DNA from: Candidatus Bathyarchaeia archaeon
GTDB taxonomy: Archaea > Thermoproteota > Bathyarchaeia > Bathyarchaeales > Bathycorpusculaceae
NCBI GenBank assembly: GCA_050010515.1
Contig: JBEKKX010000001.1
Location: 53,552-117,551, forward strand
Reading direction: 5' to 3'
DNA length: 64,000 nt
This document shows, in pieces, positions 8,333 to 17,607 of the stretch. The notes beneath the pieces are model-generated. The model worked only from the letters and a program-made list of their open reading frames with translations. It did no database searches and was not told the origin of the DNA. Position numbers and translations under genes: made by a program. The number at the start of each line of letters is the position of its first letter. The first letter of the stretch is position 1.

Positions 8333-9766
8333 TTAGGGTTGCCATTTCTCAATGAGATACTTGGGTATCTCGCTACTGTCGCGTGGTCCAACTTGTACCT
8401 TCCAGCCGCTTAACTCTTCGATTTCGCCGCTGATTCTTGATGCTTTGCCGGGGATGATGATTGTTCTGTGTTTAACTTTGCTTTCTACGCCTGAAGCTTT
8501 TATGGCGTCGGCTACGCGTTCAGCGGTTAGTTTTCGTCCTGCGACTCCGCTGTCGATTGCTGAGCCCTCAGTTTCAACAACAATGAGATACGCGTTAAGT
8601 TTGCTGCTTTCTAGGTCTGAAGCAACTGTATAGTATGTTAATGCAAAGTTGGATGTGAAGAACACTGGAGAGTTTTCGTCCGGAGTCCCGAACACTTTGA
8701 GCCCTGGAGCAACCGCAACTGGTTTGCGTGGGTCAGTGTAAATGTTTTGTCTTAGCACAGTTATCGGTAGCAGTGACCATCCGTCAGCGCCGTGCATTAC
8801 AAGCACGTCAGCGTACCGTACAACAAGCATTGCGGCTAAGTATGCTTCACGCCATTTTATGAGGTCTTCAGCTGTTTCGCCCCTGCCCAGCCAAGCAACC
8901 ATTGGAACACCCATCAATGGGAAGCCAGCGAGTTCTTCTCCGCCTTTAGTTGCCGCTCTGCGAAGCATAGTAAAGTTGCTGATAGTATCTGGTAATCCTT
9001 CATTCGCGAATGTGCCTGGGTCTAAAACCAAGTCAGTTACACCGTAAGCCATCAATGTTTTTGCGAGTGAAACCAGCGTGTTCAGGTCATTTGGTGCAGA
9101 AACCACCAGTGGGCAACTGTACATTAAGGCGAGTTCCGCCATGTCTTTCCAGTTTTCTTTGTTAGCCGCATAAAGTAGTGGTCGTGCTTTTGGCGCCGCC
9201 ATTAATCCTGCTTCAAGAACATTGGAATTCAATGCGCACAGAATCATGGGCAGTTTAGTTGTTTCAACGACCTTTTTCACGGTTGCTTTGAATTTTTCCG
9301 CGTCTCCTGATGTTGAGCGAACGGCAACCATGTCCAGTTTTAGTGTGTAGCCGATATATTCGAAGCTATAGTTTTCTATGCGTTTAATTCGACTTGCAAC
9401 TTCCTCGCCGGACATTTGGTCAGTTACATCTATCGCGATGGCTGTCGGGTTATTATAGGTGAATTCATGGCGGTACATGACTAGTTTGCCGCCTAGTTTC
9501 CTAGCTGTGTCTCCGACGCCGACGGTGACTTCTTTGACTGCTGGCTTTAGCAGTTCTTTTAGTTGGTTGTAGGCTTTCTCGTTCTCTTTCTTTAGCAGCG
9601 GTGGGCACTGGTCAATGTTTACTTCGCGGTTGACAATTTTTGTGGCAAAAGCCATGCAGTTGTCTTGACCGCATTCTTTACAATTAATTTTTGGAAGAAG
9701 CTTGTAAACGTCTATGGGGCTTAATTCTTTTAATCCAGCTTTCTTTTTTTCGCTCATGCTATTCAA
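8333..9766 (-). CDS. cdhE: Acetyl-CoA decarbonylase/synthase gamma subunit (corrinoid Fe-S protein, large subunit)
   Basis: LPKINCKECG..NCMAFA Fe-S motif, TSNFALTY, GPRDS; position in the cdh cluster. Confidence 0.96.
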   Translation of the reverse strand: MNSMSEKKKAGLKELSPIDVYKLLPKINCKECGQDNCMAFATKIVNREVNIDQCPPLLKKENEKAYNQLKELLKPAVKEVTVGVGDTARKLGGKLVMYRHEFTYNNPTAIAIDVTDQMSGEEVASRIKRIENYSFEYIGYTLKLDMVAVRSTSGDAEKFKATVKKVVETTKLPMILCALNSNVLEAGLMAAPKARPLLYAANKENWKDMAELALMYSCPLVVSAPNDLNTLVSLAKTLMAYGVTDLVLDPGTFANEGLPDTISNFTMLRRAATKGGEELAGFPLMGVPMVAWLGRGETAEDLIKWREAYLAAMLVVRYADVLVMHGADGWSLLPITVLRQNIYTDPRKPVAVAPGLKVFGTPDENSPVFFTSNFALTYYTVASDLESSKLNAYLIVVETEGSAIDSGVAGRKLTAERVADAIKASGVESKVKHRTIIIPGKASRISGEIEELSGWKVQVGPRDSSEIPKYLIEKWQP

Positions 9767-9772
9767 ACTCCT

Positions 9773-11002
9773 TTAAGCCTTTACGCTGACCCAATCAGCA
9801 AATTTGGAAGCGTCTGCTTTTTTGCCGCTGGTTAGGTAGTTTGTAACGTCTTTTAGTGTTTTTACGGCTGCAGGGTGCATCATCATGAATAAGTCAACGC
9901 CAGTAAGCAACAGTGTTAAGGCTGTTGTTACTTCCCAGAGTGGACCTCGGAGCTCGCGTGGTTCCCATTCAGCAGACATTTTTAGCCAAGCTTCTCGTGC
10001 TGCCCAGGCATTGGTTGTTCCTGAAGACATTGGGTGAGCTAATTCAACGTCACCCATTAATCCACCGAGCCTTGCACGTTCCATATTAGTGAATGCATAA
10101 TCTAGGCCGTAGCCTAACGCGGCAGTGGTTAAGTCCATGACGATGTCTTCTCTTCCCAAAAAGTCGTATAGTCGCCTGTTAAGTTCCCGTGCCAAATTCA
10201 AGTCCATAGGAGTGAAAGATAACGCGACATGCCCGTTCTTTTTAATGTACTTTGCACAGCGCTCAACATCCATATCCCTTGTTATCGAACTAATGAGGAA
10301 ACGCTCGCCTGGGAAAGCTTCACATATGGCCTCGAAAACGTCTGCGTCTTTAACTGGGTCACCGCAACCACCGATAACTAGCGGAACATCAACGGCTTGC
10401 AGAACTTTTTCAACTGTTTTTACCGCGTCTTTTGGTGTAGCATCTTTGAGTAGCGGATCAATGCTGATTAAGTGAATTGTAACCATGTCCGCGGCGAACT
10501 TGTCCACTGCAAGCTTTGCCCATGCCGCTGGGTCACCGATCACGTCTTTGACGTGCATTTTCACCGCTTTGCTTAAGGGAACTTCCATGTCGAAAACGTC
10601 AAGAGTGATTACTGGTTTGTGAGTGGTTGGTCGCTCAAAATTGTAGAATGCAGGCGATGTCTCGCCACCTATTACAAATGATCTTCCGCGCGTTCCGCCT
10701 TCGCTTCTTGTTGCCCCAAGTCTTACTTCAGTAATCTTGTTTGGATAGGTTTCAACTGGAGGTATGAAAGCTGCCTGTAACATGGCAGTGGGTTTTCCGC
10801 CTGCTAAGCTTGGAAGCTTGATTTTGGGCATTATTTGCCCAGCCATTCCCGGCTCAAAGATTATTTCGAGTTCCTTGACGTCCATTTCGAAATCTTGCAG
10901 CTCGATCTGCTGAAATTTTGCAAGCGCTTCCAGTAAATCGCTGCTGAGTTTTAATCCTTCATCCTCTTTTTTCTTAGCGTCATCTTGAGGCAATGAGGTC
11001 AC
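9773..11002 (-). CDS. cdhD: ACDS delta subunit (corrinoid Fe-S protein, small subunit)
   Basis: LGATRSEGGTRG, GYGLDYAFTNMERARL, NAWAAREAW, MMHP. Confidence 0.95.
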   Translation of the reverse strand: MTSLPQDDAKKKEDEGLKLSSDLLEALAKFQQIELQDFEMDVKELEIIFEPGMAGQIMPKIKLPSLAGGKPTAMLQAAFIPPVETYPNKITEVRLGATRSEGGTRGRSFVIGGETSPAFYNFERPTTHKPVITLDVFDMEVPLSKAVKMHVKDVIGDPAAWAKLAVDKFAADMVTIHLISIDPLLKDATPKDAVKTVEKVLQAVDVPLVIGGCGDPVKDADVFEAICEAFPGERFLISSITRDMDVERCAKYIKKNGHVALSFTPMDLNLARELNRRLYDFLGREDIVMDLTTAALGYGLDYAFTNMERARLGGLMGDVELAHPMSSGTTNAWAAREAWLKMSAEWEPRELRGPLWEVTTALTLLLTGVDLFMMMHPAAVKTLKDVTNYLTSGKKADASKFADWVSVKA

Positions 11003-12414
11003 CGCTTCTCTGATTTATCGCTCTTTATCGTTTGGATTATGACTGTTTTAGCGTAGATTTTTGCGTCTTTGAGAATGATTTTGAATCCGCCAGCCATTAT
11101 TGGCAGTGACGCTGCTGTGGCAACCGGCATCATTGTGCCTGCTGCTTCTTCTTTAACCTCTACGGCTTCTGCTTCTGCTGCTGGAGCTTCTTCGGCTGTC
11201 CATCTTGCGACTACTGGGTGGTTCTTGTCCTTTAGGAATGCTTTCAACGCATCGACGCCCGTTGCGTTTTCTTCAGTGGCAATTTTGTCAACGACGTCTT
11301 GGGGTATGAAGTCTTTTACTCGTTCTTTAACTTCTTTTGGAAGCCAGACTATGCGGTTCCAGCCGCCGTCTGCAGATAGGAACTTTTTGCTACGCATGTA
11401 TTCAATTGACATTCCGTGGAAGCCGTCTATCTGTCGTCCGCCAGCGGTGGAGTCAGCGATTGTTGAGAATGGTAAACCGTTTACTGTTACGCCTTTGAAG
11501 CTTCTGTTTACGACGCCGAAGCCGTCTACTTCTGGAATGTAGAATGCTACTGCCTCGAAGCATCCGCATGAAGTGTGTGGGTGATCGAACGCTGTGTATA
11601 GCCAGACTTGGTTCACTTCGCCCATAGTGCGTTTTTTAGCCATTTCGTTAACGCCGCTAAACTCGCCCTTTTCAGCGTTTATTAATTGGCCTCTGTCGAT
11701 TGCGAATACTGGTCCTTTAGGATCAATGTTTGCTGAGGCTTTTCCGTCAAACCAGCTGATGGCGCCGCAGTTAGAATATCTTTGCGGGGTGATGATGCAA
11801 ACATGGGTTGGAGCAAATGATTGGCATAAGGTGCAACCGTAAAATTTGTCGACGTCTTCGTCTTTGAGGCCTCTTGCTTTAGCGTCACGTGATTCGTAAT
11901 CTTGCATTGCTTCTGGGTAGAGTTCTGACAATTTAGCAGGATCTGTTATGAAGGTAACTTGTACTTTCTCGATTATGGGGAGTTCGCTTTTGAATAAGCG
12001 GCAGAGTACTTTGCCGATTGGTTCAAAACTGTTTAAGCCTTTTTGGAATGATTTTTTGCTTAAGCGTATCCAGATGTCATAGCGCTGGTTTAAGTGCATC
12101 AAGCCCTCAACGTAGTTTAAATAGCCATGAATTCGTCTTTCAATGACGCCTTCAAGGCCTTGATCGAGAGTTGCACCTGCAGCTTCAACAAGAATGCCGA
12201 GTGGGTATGCGCCGCCTTCTTTGAGGTCTTTTATGTCTGGGCCTATAATGGTGATTTTGCCGTCTTCTATTTCGTCCATTGGTTTTACTTTTGCTAGTTC
12301 AAACTTTTCTTTAACTGATGGACCGCCAAATTCTACTTGCATGTCGTTTCTTCTAATGCGTTCGCCTTCGTAGATTACGCCAACATCAACAGGTATATCT
12401 TTAAACATTGACAT
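10999..12414 (-). CDS. cdhC: ACDS beta subunit (acetyl-CoA synthase); likely ATG at 12414
   Basis: YGERIR, CTLCQSFAPTHVC, HTSCGCFE A-cluster ligands; acidic Ala/Glu linker near the C-terminus. Confidence 0.96.
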   Translation of the reverse strand: MSMFKDIPVDVGVIYEGERIRRNDMQVEFGGPSVKEKFELAKVKPMDEIEDGKITIIGPDIKDLKEGGAYPLGILVEAAGATLDQGLEGVIERRIHGYLNYVEGLMHLNQRYDIWIRLSKKSFQKGLNSFEPIGKVLCRLFKSELPIIEKVQVTFITDPAKLSELYPEAMQDYESRDAKARGLKDEDVDKFYGCTLCQSFAPTHVCIITPQRYSNCGAISWFDGKASANIDPKGPVFAIDRGQLINAEKGEFSGVNEMAKKRTMGEVNQVWLYTAFDHPHTSCGCFEAVAFYIPEVDGFGVVNRSFKGVTVNGLPFSTIADSTAGGRQIDGFHGMSIEYMRSKKFLSADGGWNRIVWLPKEVKERVKDFIPQDVVDKIATEENATGVDALKAFLKDKNHPVVARWTAEEAPAAEAEAVEVKEEAAGTMMPVATAASLPIMAGGFKIILKDAKIYAKTVIIQTIKSDKSEKR

Positions 12415-12418
12415 TTTT

Positions 12419-12961
12419 TTATTGTCCTCCTTCAAATTTTGAAGATATGACTGTGAGATTTGCAGCCCATTCCTCGAGGGTTGCGTTTGGGAAAGACCAG
12501 CTTGCATGCGGATGATACAAGTTGTCCAGAGTCATGGTCTTTTGGCAAGGAGCGAAGTGCATTAGTCCTGAAAGGATTAGTTCTTCCATGTAGAATGGGA
12601 GACCTACAAACATGACTAGGTCGTATGGGCCTTTGCCGTCAAGTCCTTTCCATTCGGGGTCAACTATACGATTGCCGATGTCCATGGCAGACATGAAGCC
12701 TGCTGGTTGGTAACCGCGTTTTAGGAATTCGCCGACCATGTGCGCTGTAGCGACCACTGGAACTTTTGATGCGTTAGCGAAGTCAATCAGGTACTCGATT
12801 AGTTGTTTGCCTTCCATGTATCGTTCAGTAGCATAGCTGCCCACGATGAGCAGTGGACGGGAGGCTTTTTTGATCATTGCTACTGCTATCTCAGGTTTCT
12901 GTATGGGGTTTGCTTTCTTTGTTGCGGCTATCTCTGCACATTGCCAAGGTTCACATGCCAT
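12419..12961 (-). CDS. cdhB: ACDS epsilon subunit
   Basis: EPWQCAE, KKASRPLLIVG, WKGLDGKGPYD, HPHASWSFPN; lies between cdhA and cdhC. Confidence 0.93.
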   Translation of the reverse strand: MACEPWQCAEIAATKKANPIQKPEIAVAMIKKASRPLLIVGSYATERYMEGKQLIEYLIDFANASKVPVVATAHMVGEFLKRGYQPAGFMSAMDIGNRIVDPEWKGLDGKGPYDLVMFVGLPFYMEELILSGLMHFAPCQKTMTLDNLYHPHASWSFPNATLEEWAANLTVISSKFEGGQ

Positions 12962-12967
12962 ATCTTA

Positions 12968-15316
12968 TCACTCCTTCATTTTACGAATCATTCTTGGAAG
13001 CAATGTCGGGTCAGGAATTACTGTTTCCTTCCAATCGTGTGCTTCCAGTATCTTGGTAAATTCATCTTTAAGTGTCATTGGCACATCAGCCATCGTTCTC
13101 ACCAACAAATGCAAATCCTGCGGCATGCATCCGTAGTGGCGTTTGTGTAGGTCAACGTAGTGGCTTAGTTTTATGCTGCGGCCTTTCCATGTGTCGTTTG
13201 GTCTTATGCAGAGCTTTGCGATGGAGACCATTGCTTCTTGTGGCGTTTCAACTGTTTGGAACAGGTGTTCAGGTGCTGGGCCAACGTTAACTTTGTTGCC
13301 TGTGCGGGCATCGTAAACTTCCCAATCTTCAGGCTTGTCTTCTCTGCCAAGGAGCATACGCCTGTATTTTGCACCGTGTGGACCAACAAGCACTGGGATT
13401 CCTAAGCGCCAGAATCCAGCTGCGATTGCCGCGGCTTTCTGTGAGTATGCACCCCACGCAAGGCCGACTGCACCTAAGCGGTTGTATATGTAATCGGCGA
13501 TTTCCTCGTAGTTGCCTCTGAGGTTGCGTTTGGCAAAAATGTTTGCTACTTTGATGGCTGCGCCTGCTATATGCGAGTTTGCTACGCATGAACCGACGTT
13601 TAGCACACCTCCAGCTTCGAATCCGCCTGGGAATTCCTCGTAGAGTGTTTTGCCTTCGCTGTTGCGGTAGCTGCCTGCAGACATGGCTGAGCATCCAGAT
13701 GTTACAACGATGTATCGTCTGCTGGCGAATTCTCTGCATATGTCGTAAACATCTTTGCCTCCGTGCGGATAATTGCTACATCCTACAACTGCCAATATGC
13801 CCGGGATTTCCCCGAGGACGATTGGGCTACCGACGTTTCGGATTTCGACATCTTGCACTGCTCCTCTACCGGCACGGCAAAAGTTATTTTCTTCAAGCAT
13901 GAATTTTTCGCCAGCTTTCACTATGAAGCTGTGAATGTTTAGTTTAACTGGACATGCTTCTTCGCATCTTCCACATCCAATACAGTACTCATATAGGTCG
14001 GTTAGTTGTGCAAGGTTTCCTTCGGCTGCTGCCTTTAGGGCTTGTGGGATTTTAAGGTCTTGTGGACAGCTTCTGCGGCACATGTCGCATTGCCTGCACG
14101 TCTTAGATAATTGCTTAATCTCATCTAAGCTTGGAAGATTGTTCATTTTTTTGCGGATTGGAGCGATTTGTTGTGCTACTCTTACGGCTACTTCGCCGAC
14201 TTTTTCTGGATCAAGGATCAACACGCCTGCCGCTTTGCCGCTTACAAGGTCAGCGACGATTTCGTCCGCTGAGTCATCTGTGCGGTTCTTGAAACCCATG
14301 CAGTTCTTCTCTGATGCGGCGATGACTGGAGCGTGAACTTTGCGTGCTTCGTCAAAAGCGTCTGTTCGGACACATTGCTCATCTAAAACGACAACGTCTG
14401 CGAATCCAGCTCTTATGAATCGTAGTTGCCAACTGATTGGGCCGACGATTTTGCCTCGGTTATAGTACCTTGTGATGTCGAAGGCGGTGCAGCATAGACC
14501 AATTACTTCTATTTTGTCATCGACTTTGTTATCTTTTGCGTAGTCTATGATTCCAACGGATGGAATTACGTTGTGACCAATGCACATGATAACTGGCTTA
14601 GAGGTATCGACACTACCTATGCCTAGTTGTATGAGAGGAGCCTCAGGGTCAGCTTTTGGAAAGCCCAATGTCGAAATTTGGATAATATCTCCGACTTCCA
14701 TGCCAACATGATCTATCATACCTACGTGGAAGGCTTTGGATTCAAAATCAAGGTTGTTGCCTTCTTGCCCTGTGTGCGCTACTGCTACTGCTTGAGTAAT
14801 TTGCTCTTCAGCGTACTCCAAAACTTCCTCCATGTCTCCAAGAGTCTGAGGCTTTATACCAGTAACAAGTCTGGTAACTGGCGCTTCAACTTTGATGTTT
14901 AAGCCACCTACATCTAAGGGGTATCGGCTGCCGTATTTTTCGACCAAGTGATGAAGCATGTGACGGGCATGAGCCGTGTGGGTTGCTGCACCAATGCAAC
15001 AGGCCAAAAGCACTATACGTGAAGACTGAGCACCGATGTCTAAGCCGCATGCACCACGCTTTCCAGCTGTCAAATCGCATTTTCCAAAAGTGCAAAGACA
15101 GCAAAGATCACAATCAGGCATATAGAAAGGTTTGTACCTGGTGAGGAGCCTCATGTCCCAGTCTCGCAGGGTACTCATTGATGGCATTGGAGTTGGACCC
15201 ATGGATTCCGTCCAGTTGTCAGTGGCAACTTTGCCTATAGATAATTCAAGATTTTTAATGAGACTACTGCTAGTCTTCATTTCGTCAATTTTTATACTAA
15301 CGTTTTTACTAGTCAA
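12968..15316 (-). CDS. cdhA: ACDS alpha subunit (Ni-CO dehydrogenase)
   Basis: CDLCCLCTFGKC, HTAH, GHN, GLCCT, DEQC, two ferredoxin motifs, GCSN, SGCS, VGSC. Confidence 0.97.
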   Translation of the reverse strand: MTSKNVSIKIDEMKTSSSLIKNLELSIGKVATDNWTESMGPTPMPSMSTLRDWDMRLLTRYKPFYMPDCDLCCLCTFGKCDLTAGKRGACGLDIGAQSSRIVLLACCIGAATHTAHARHMLHHLVEKYGSRYPLDVGGLNIKVEAPVTRLVTGIKPQTLGDMEEVLEYAEEQITQAVAVAHTGQEGNNLDFESKAFHVGMIDHVGMEVGDIIQISTLGFPKADPEAPLIQLGIGSVDTSKPVIMCIGHNVIPSVGIIDYAKDNKVDDKIEVIGLCCTAFDITRYYNRGKIVGPISWQLRFIRAGFADVVVLDEQCVRTDAFDEARKVHAPVIAASEKNCMGFKNRTDDSADEIVADLVSGKAAGVLILDPEKVGEVAVRVAQQIAPIRKKMNNLPSLDEIKQLSKTCRQCDMCRRSCPQDLKIPQALKAAAEGNLAQLTDLYEYCIGCGRCEEACPVKLNIHSFIVKAGEKFMLEENNFCRAGRGAVQDVEIRNVGSPIVLGEIPGILAVVGCSNYPHGGKDVYDICREFASRRYIVVTSGCSAMSAGSYRNSEGKTLYEEFPGGFEAGGVLNVGSCVANSHIAGAAIKVANIFAKRNLRGNYEEIADYIYNRLGAVGLAWGAYSQKAAAIAAGFWRLGIPVLVGPHGAKYRRMLLGREDKPEDWEVYDARTGNKVNVGPAPEHLFQTVETPQEAMVSIAKLCIRPNDTWKGRSIKLSHYVDLHKRHYGCMPQDLHLLVRTMADVPMTLKDEFTKILEAHDWKETVIPDPTLLPRMIRKMKE

Positions 15317-15335
15317 ATTAAGAAACCTCTGTAAA

Positions 15336-15351
15336 GGTTTAGCTATAAACC
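15336..15351. promoter_or_regulatory. Palindrome GGTTTA-GCTA-TAAACC overlapping the TATA-like TTTATA about 28 nt upstream of cdhA
   Basis: Perfect 6-4-6 inverted repeat read directly from the sequence. Confidence 0.4.
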
Positions 15352-15690
15352 CATTACAATCTTTTTAAACCTTTCCAAATTTTTAGGCAAAAGTCATGTT
15401 GTAGCTATAGATATGGAAGGTTTCCGAAAAATTGTGTAAAAAACACATATGCCCATAACCAGCAGGGATTGTTTGAGAAGCTACTGATTCGGAGGATACC
15501 CTCACCAAGCTCAACGTTAAGCAATACAAACGCTCACGGCACACAAAACTCTCCGTATAGCAGTAAATACGTCTAAGATAATTAAACTGTTTGCCATAAA
15601 TAGAATGGGTTAATTATTTGATGGGGAAGGGGTTGTTTGGATCGGATATGCTTACTTGGTAGAAGGAAAGAGCGATTGTGGATTTCTTTG

Positions 15691-15975
15691 TTATAGAGTT
15701 TTTGCAACTTCGCTTAAGGGTTGAACTGGCCTCACTTCAACTGCCATCTGACCGAAAAACTTTGAAACTGTCTTGGGGCTGTCCGCCTCTATTGTGAAGA
15801 AGCCTTTGTGATCAGCTGCTGTGTCTTTCGGGCAGCTCATGTAGGCAGCGGCTATTTTGATTCCTGCTTTCTTGACGTTCTCGTCGGAGAACAGATTTTT
15901 GATCATGTTTTTGCCTTCAGATGTCAGCAGAGGACACTGAGACGCTTTGTGTGTATGTGTTGCCTCAAATAACAC
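15691..15975 (-). CDS. Small ferredoxin-like-fold protein (GYD/DUF3303-like) with an HxHxxxxCP motif
   Basis: 94 aa; HTHKASQCP; H..FFTIEADS..V pattern; co-oriented with osmC and nifX-like genes. Confidence 0.55.
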   Translation of the reverse strand: MLFEATHTHKASQCPLLTSEGKNMIKNLFSDENVKKAGIKIAAAYMSCPKDTAADHKGFFTIEADSPKTVSKFFGQMAVEVRPVQPLSEVAKTL

Positions 15976-16019
15976 TCAATCACCTCCTTTTTTCCTTGAA
16001 AAAGCAAGATCAGACAGGT

Positions 16020-16448
16020 TTATTCTGATTTTCCTTCGAATTCAACTTTTACAGGAATTGGGTCTTTGAAAATGTACAAGACTGGACAGTTCGCTTCGGT
16101 TCTTCTCCAAGCGGCGTCTAACAGTTCCTTCCTTGCTTTAGAGGACGCGTTCACCTTCATAGTTACGCCACTTACAATTGGGGAATCAGGAGATTTTTCG
16201 GCGTCAACAGTAACTTCCACTTTGCTGAGCTCTATGTTGCTTTTTTTGCAAACATCAGCAAAGATTGTTACGCCACAGTCAGCTAAAGCCATCATGCTTA
16301 ATTCAAGCGCTGTTGGACCCGTATCTGTTCCGCCTGCTGCTGTTGACATGTCGCAGACTACCCTATGCGTTCTTTGGTTATCAACTATTGAGCGAACGTT
16401 TTCAACCCAAGTTGCTTTTGCCTTAATTTTGGGCATTTTATTCACCAA
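16020..16448 (-). CDS. OsmC/Ohr-family protein
   Basis: GGTDTGPTALELSMMALADC and a second conserved Cys in EANCPV. Confidence 0.88.
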   Translation of the reverse strand: MVNKMPKIKAKATWVENVRSIVDNQRTHRVVCDMSTAAGGTDTGPTALELSMMALADCGVTIFADVCKKSNIELSKVEVTVDAEKSPDSPIVSGVTMKVNASSKARKELLDAAWRRTEANCPVLYIFKDPIPVKVEFEGKSE

Positions 16449-16494
16449 TTTAACTTATCATTTAATTGATTTAAGTTTGTCTTCGGTTGCACTG

Positions 16495-16914
16495 TTAATG
16501 AGAATGATGGTGCTCAAGGGCATGTTCATAATGAGAGTGATGGTGCTCAAGGGCATGTTCACAACCGTCTATTAATTCTTTTAATTTGTCTTCATTGAAG
16601 GAATTAACATTTCCTTTAACAGTTTCTTCCGTGGCTTTCAGTACAGTAACTCCAGCATTTTGAAAACTTGTCAAACCTCCAGGTCCCATGCCGCAAGCGA
16701 CGATTACATCCGGTTTTAGTGCCAGAAGATTCTCGTGTGGGTGCCCTGTGCCTCCATGATGTTCGCCTTTGTTTGCTTCTGTCTTCGTGCTTAGGATTTC
16801 GCCGTTTTCGTTTAGGTCGACAACTGCAAAGAATGGGGCTCTTCCAAAATGTTCTGCTACGTGCGCTTCTAAGCCTTTTTCATCTTCAACGGGGATTACA
16901 ATTCTTTTTGTCAT
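16495..16914 (-). CDS. NifB/NifX-family (FeMo-co-binding-like) protein with a His-rich tail
   Basis: VAEHFGRAPFFAVVD, MGPGG, ...CEHALEHHHSHYEHALEHHHSH. Confidence 0.88.
   Translation of the reverse strand: MTKRIVIPVEDEKGLEAHVAEHFGRAPFFAVVDLNENGEILSTKTEANKGEHHGGTGHPHENLLALKPDVIVACGMGPGGLTSFQNAGVTVLKATEETVKGNVNSFNEDKLKELIDGCEHALEHHHSHYEHALEHHHSH
16498..16563. repeat. 33-bp tandem duplication (2 copies, 2 mismatches) encoding the duplicated EHALEHHHSH tail
   Basis: atgagaatgatggtgctcaagggcatgttcata / atgagagtgatggtgctcaagggcatgttcaca. Confidence 0.9.
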
Positions 16915-16962
16915 TTCAAATAACCTTCTTTTTGGTATTTTTCATGTTTAGTTAACCACAAT

Positions 16963-16977
16963 GTTTATTGCATAAAC
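16963..16977. promoter_or_regulatory. 15-bp palindrome GTTTAT-TGC-ATAAAC in the divergent nifX/lrp intergenic region; candidate Lrp operator
   Basis: Perfect 6-3-6 inverted repeat, followed by the palindrome CTATTAATAG (16979-16988). Confidence 0.4.
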
Positions 16978-17013
16978 GCTATTAATAGGTTTTGTTTATA
17001 AAATAAACTGAGT

Positions 17014-17592
17014 GTGTACTGTTTGGACGAAATAGACAGAGAGATAATTTCACAGCTACAAATAAACGGTAGAATTACCCTAAAAGAGTTGGCCCAGATT
17101 ATTGGGTACACAAGCATGGGAACCAAGAAAAGACTGCAAAAACTTCTGGATCAGAAAACCATCCAAGTGTCTGCTTTGCTTAATCCGACTCAGCTTAAGC
17201 TTCTTCCTGCAATTGTAATGTTAGAGATGGAAAGCGCCGAAGCGAGGCAAACTCTAATCGATCGATTCAAAGACTGCCCTCGAGTAATCCAAATTTTCAA
17301 AACGATGGGGGGCTACAACCTAATTGCCCTGGTCGTAGCAGAAAACCAAGAAACTCTCAATAGTATTTCGATGGAAAAATGCTCCTTAAGAAGCAACGCG
17401 GGAATACGCAGATCGGAATTCTACCCCATAGGCGATATCAACTTCGCCCCCTTCCTCCAAGTGAGGGAACACCTAACTCACAAGGACAGAACCGTCACAC
17501 CATGCAATATAGATTGCAGACCTTGTTCCTGTTACAAGGATCAAACCTGTGTGGGTTGCCCAACCGCTAGCTACTACAGAGGAACGCTATAG
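17014..17592 (+). CDS. Lrp/AsnC-family regulator with a C-terminal Cys-rich metal/Fe-S module
   Basis: LDEIDREIISQLQINGRITLKELA HTH; GGYNL; tail PCNIDCRPCSCYKDQTCVGCP. Confidence 0.88.
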   Translation: MYCLDEIDREIISQLQINGRITLKELAQIIGYTSMGTKKRLQKLLDQKTIQVSALLNPTQLKLLPAIVMLEMESAEARQTLIDRFKDCPRVIQIFKTMGGYNLIALVVAENQETLNSISMEKCSLRSNAGIRRSEFYPIGDINFAPFLQVREHLTHKDRTVTPCNIDCRPCSCYKDQTCVGCPTASYYRGTL

Positions 17593-17607
17593 AAGGAAAG
17601 CTCTCGT

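Noticed and set aside
15452-15690. Possible small ORF or ncRNA between cdhA and the 94-aa gene
   Set aside because: Only very short frames with no RBS or motif, and no convincing structure by eye
16498-16563. 33-bp repeats as a CRISPR array
   Set aside because: Only two adjacent copies, no spacer, inside a coding frame, and no cas genes
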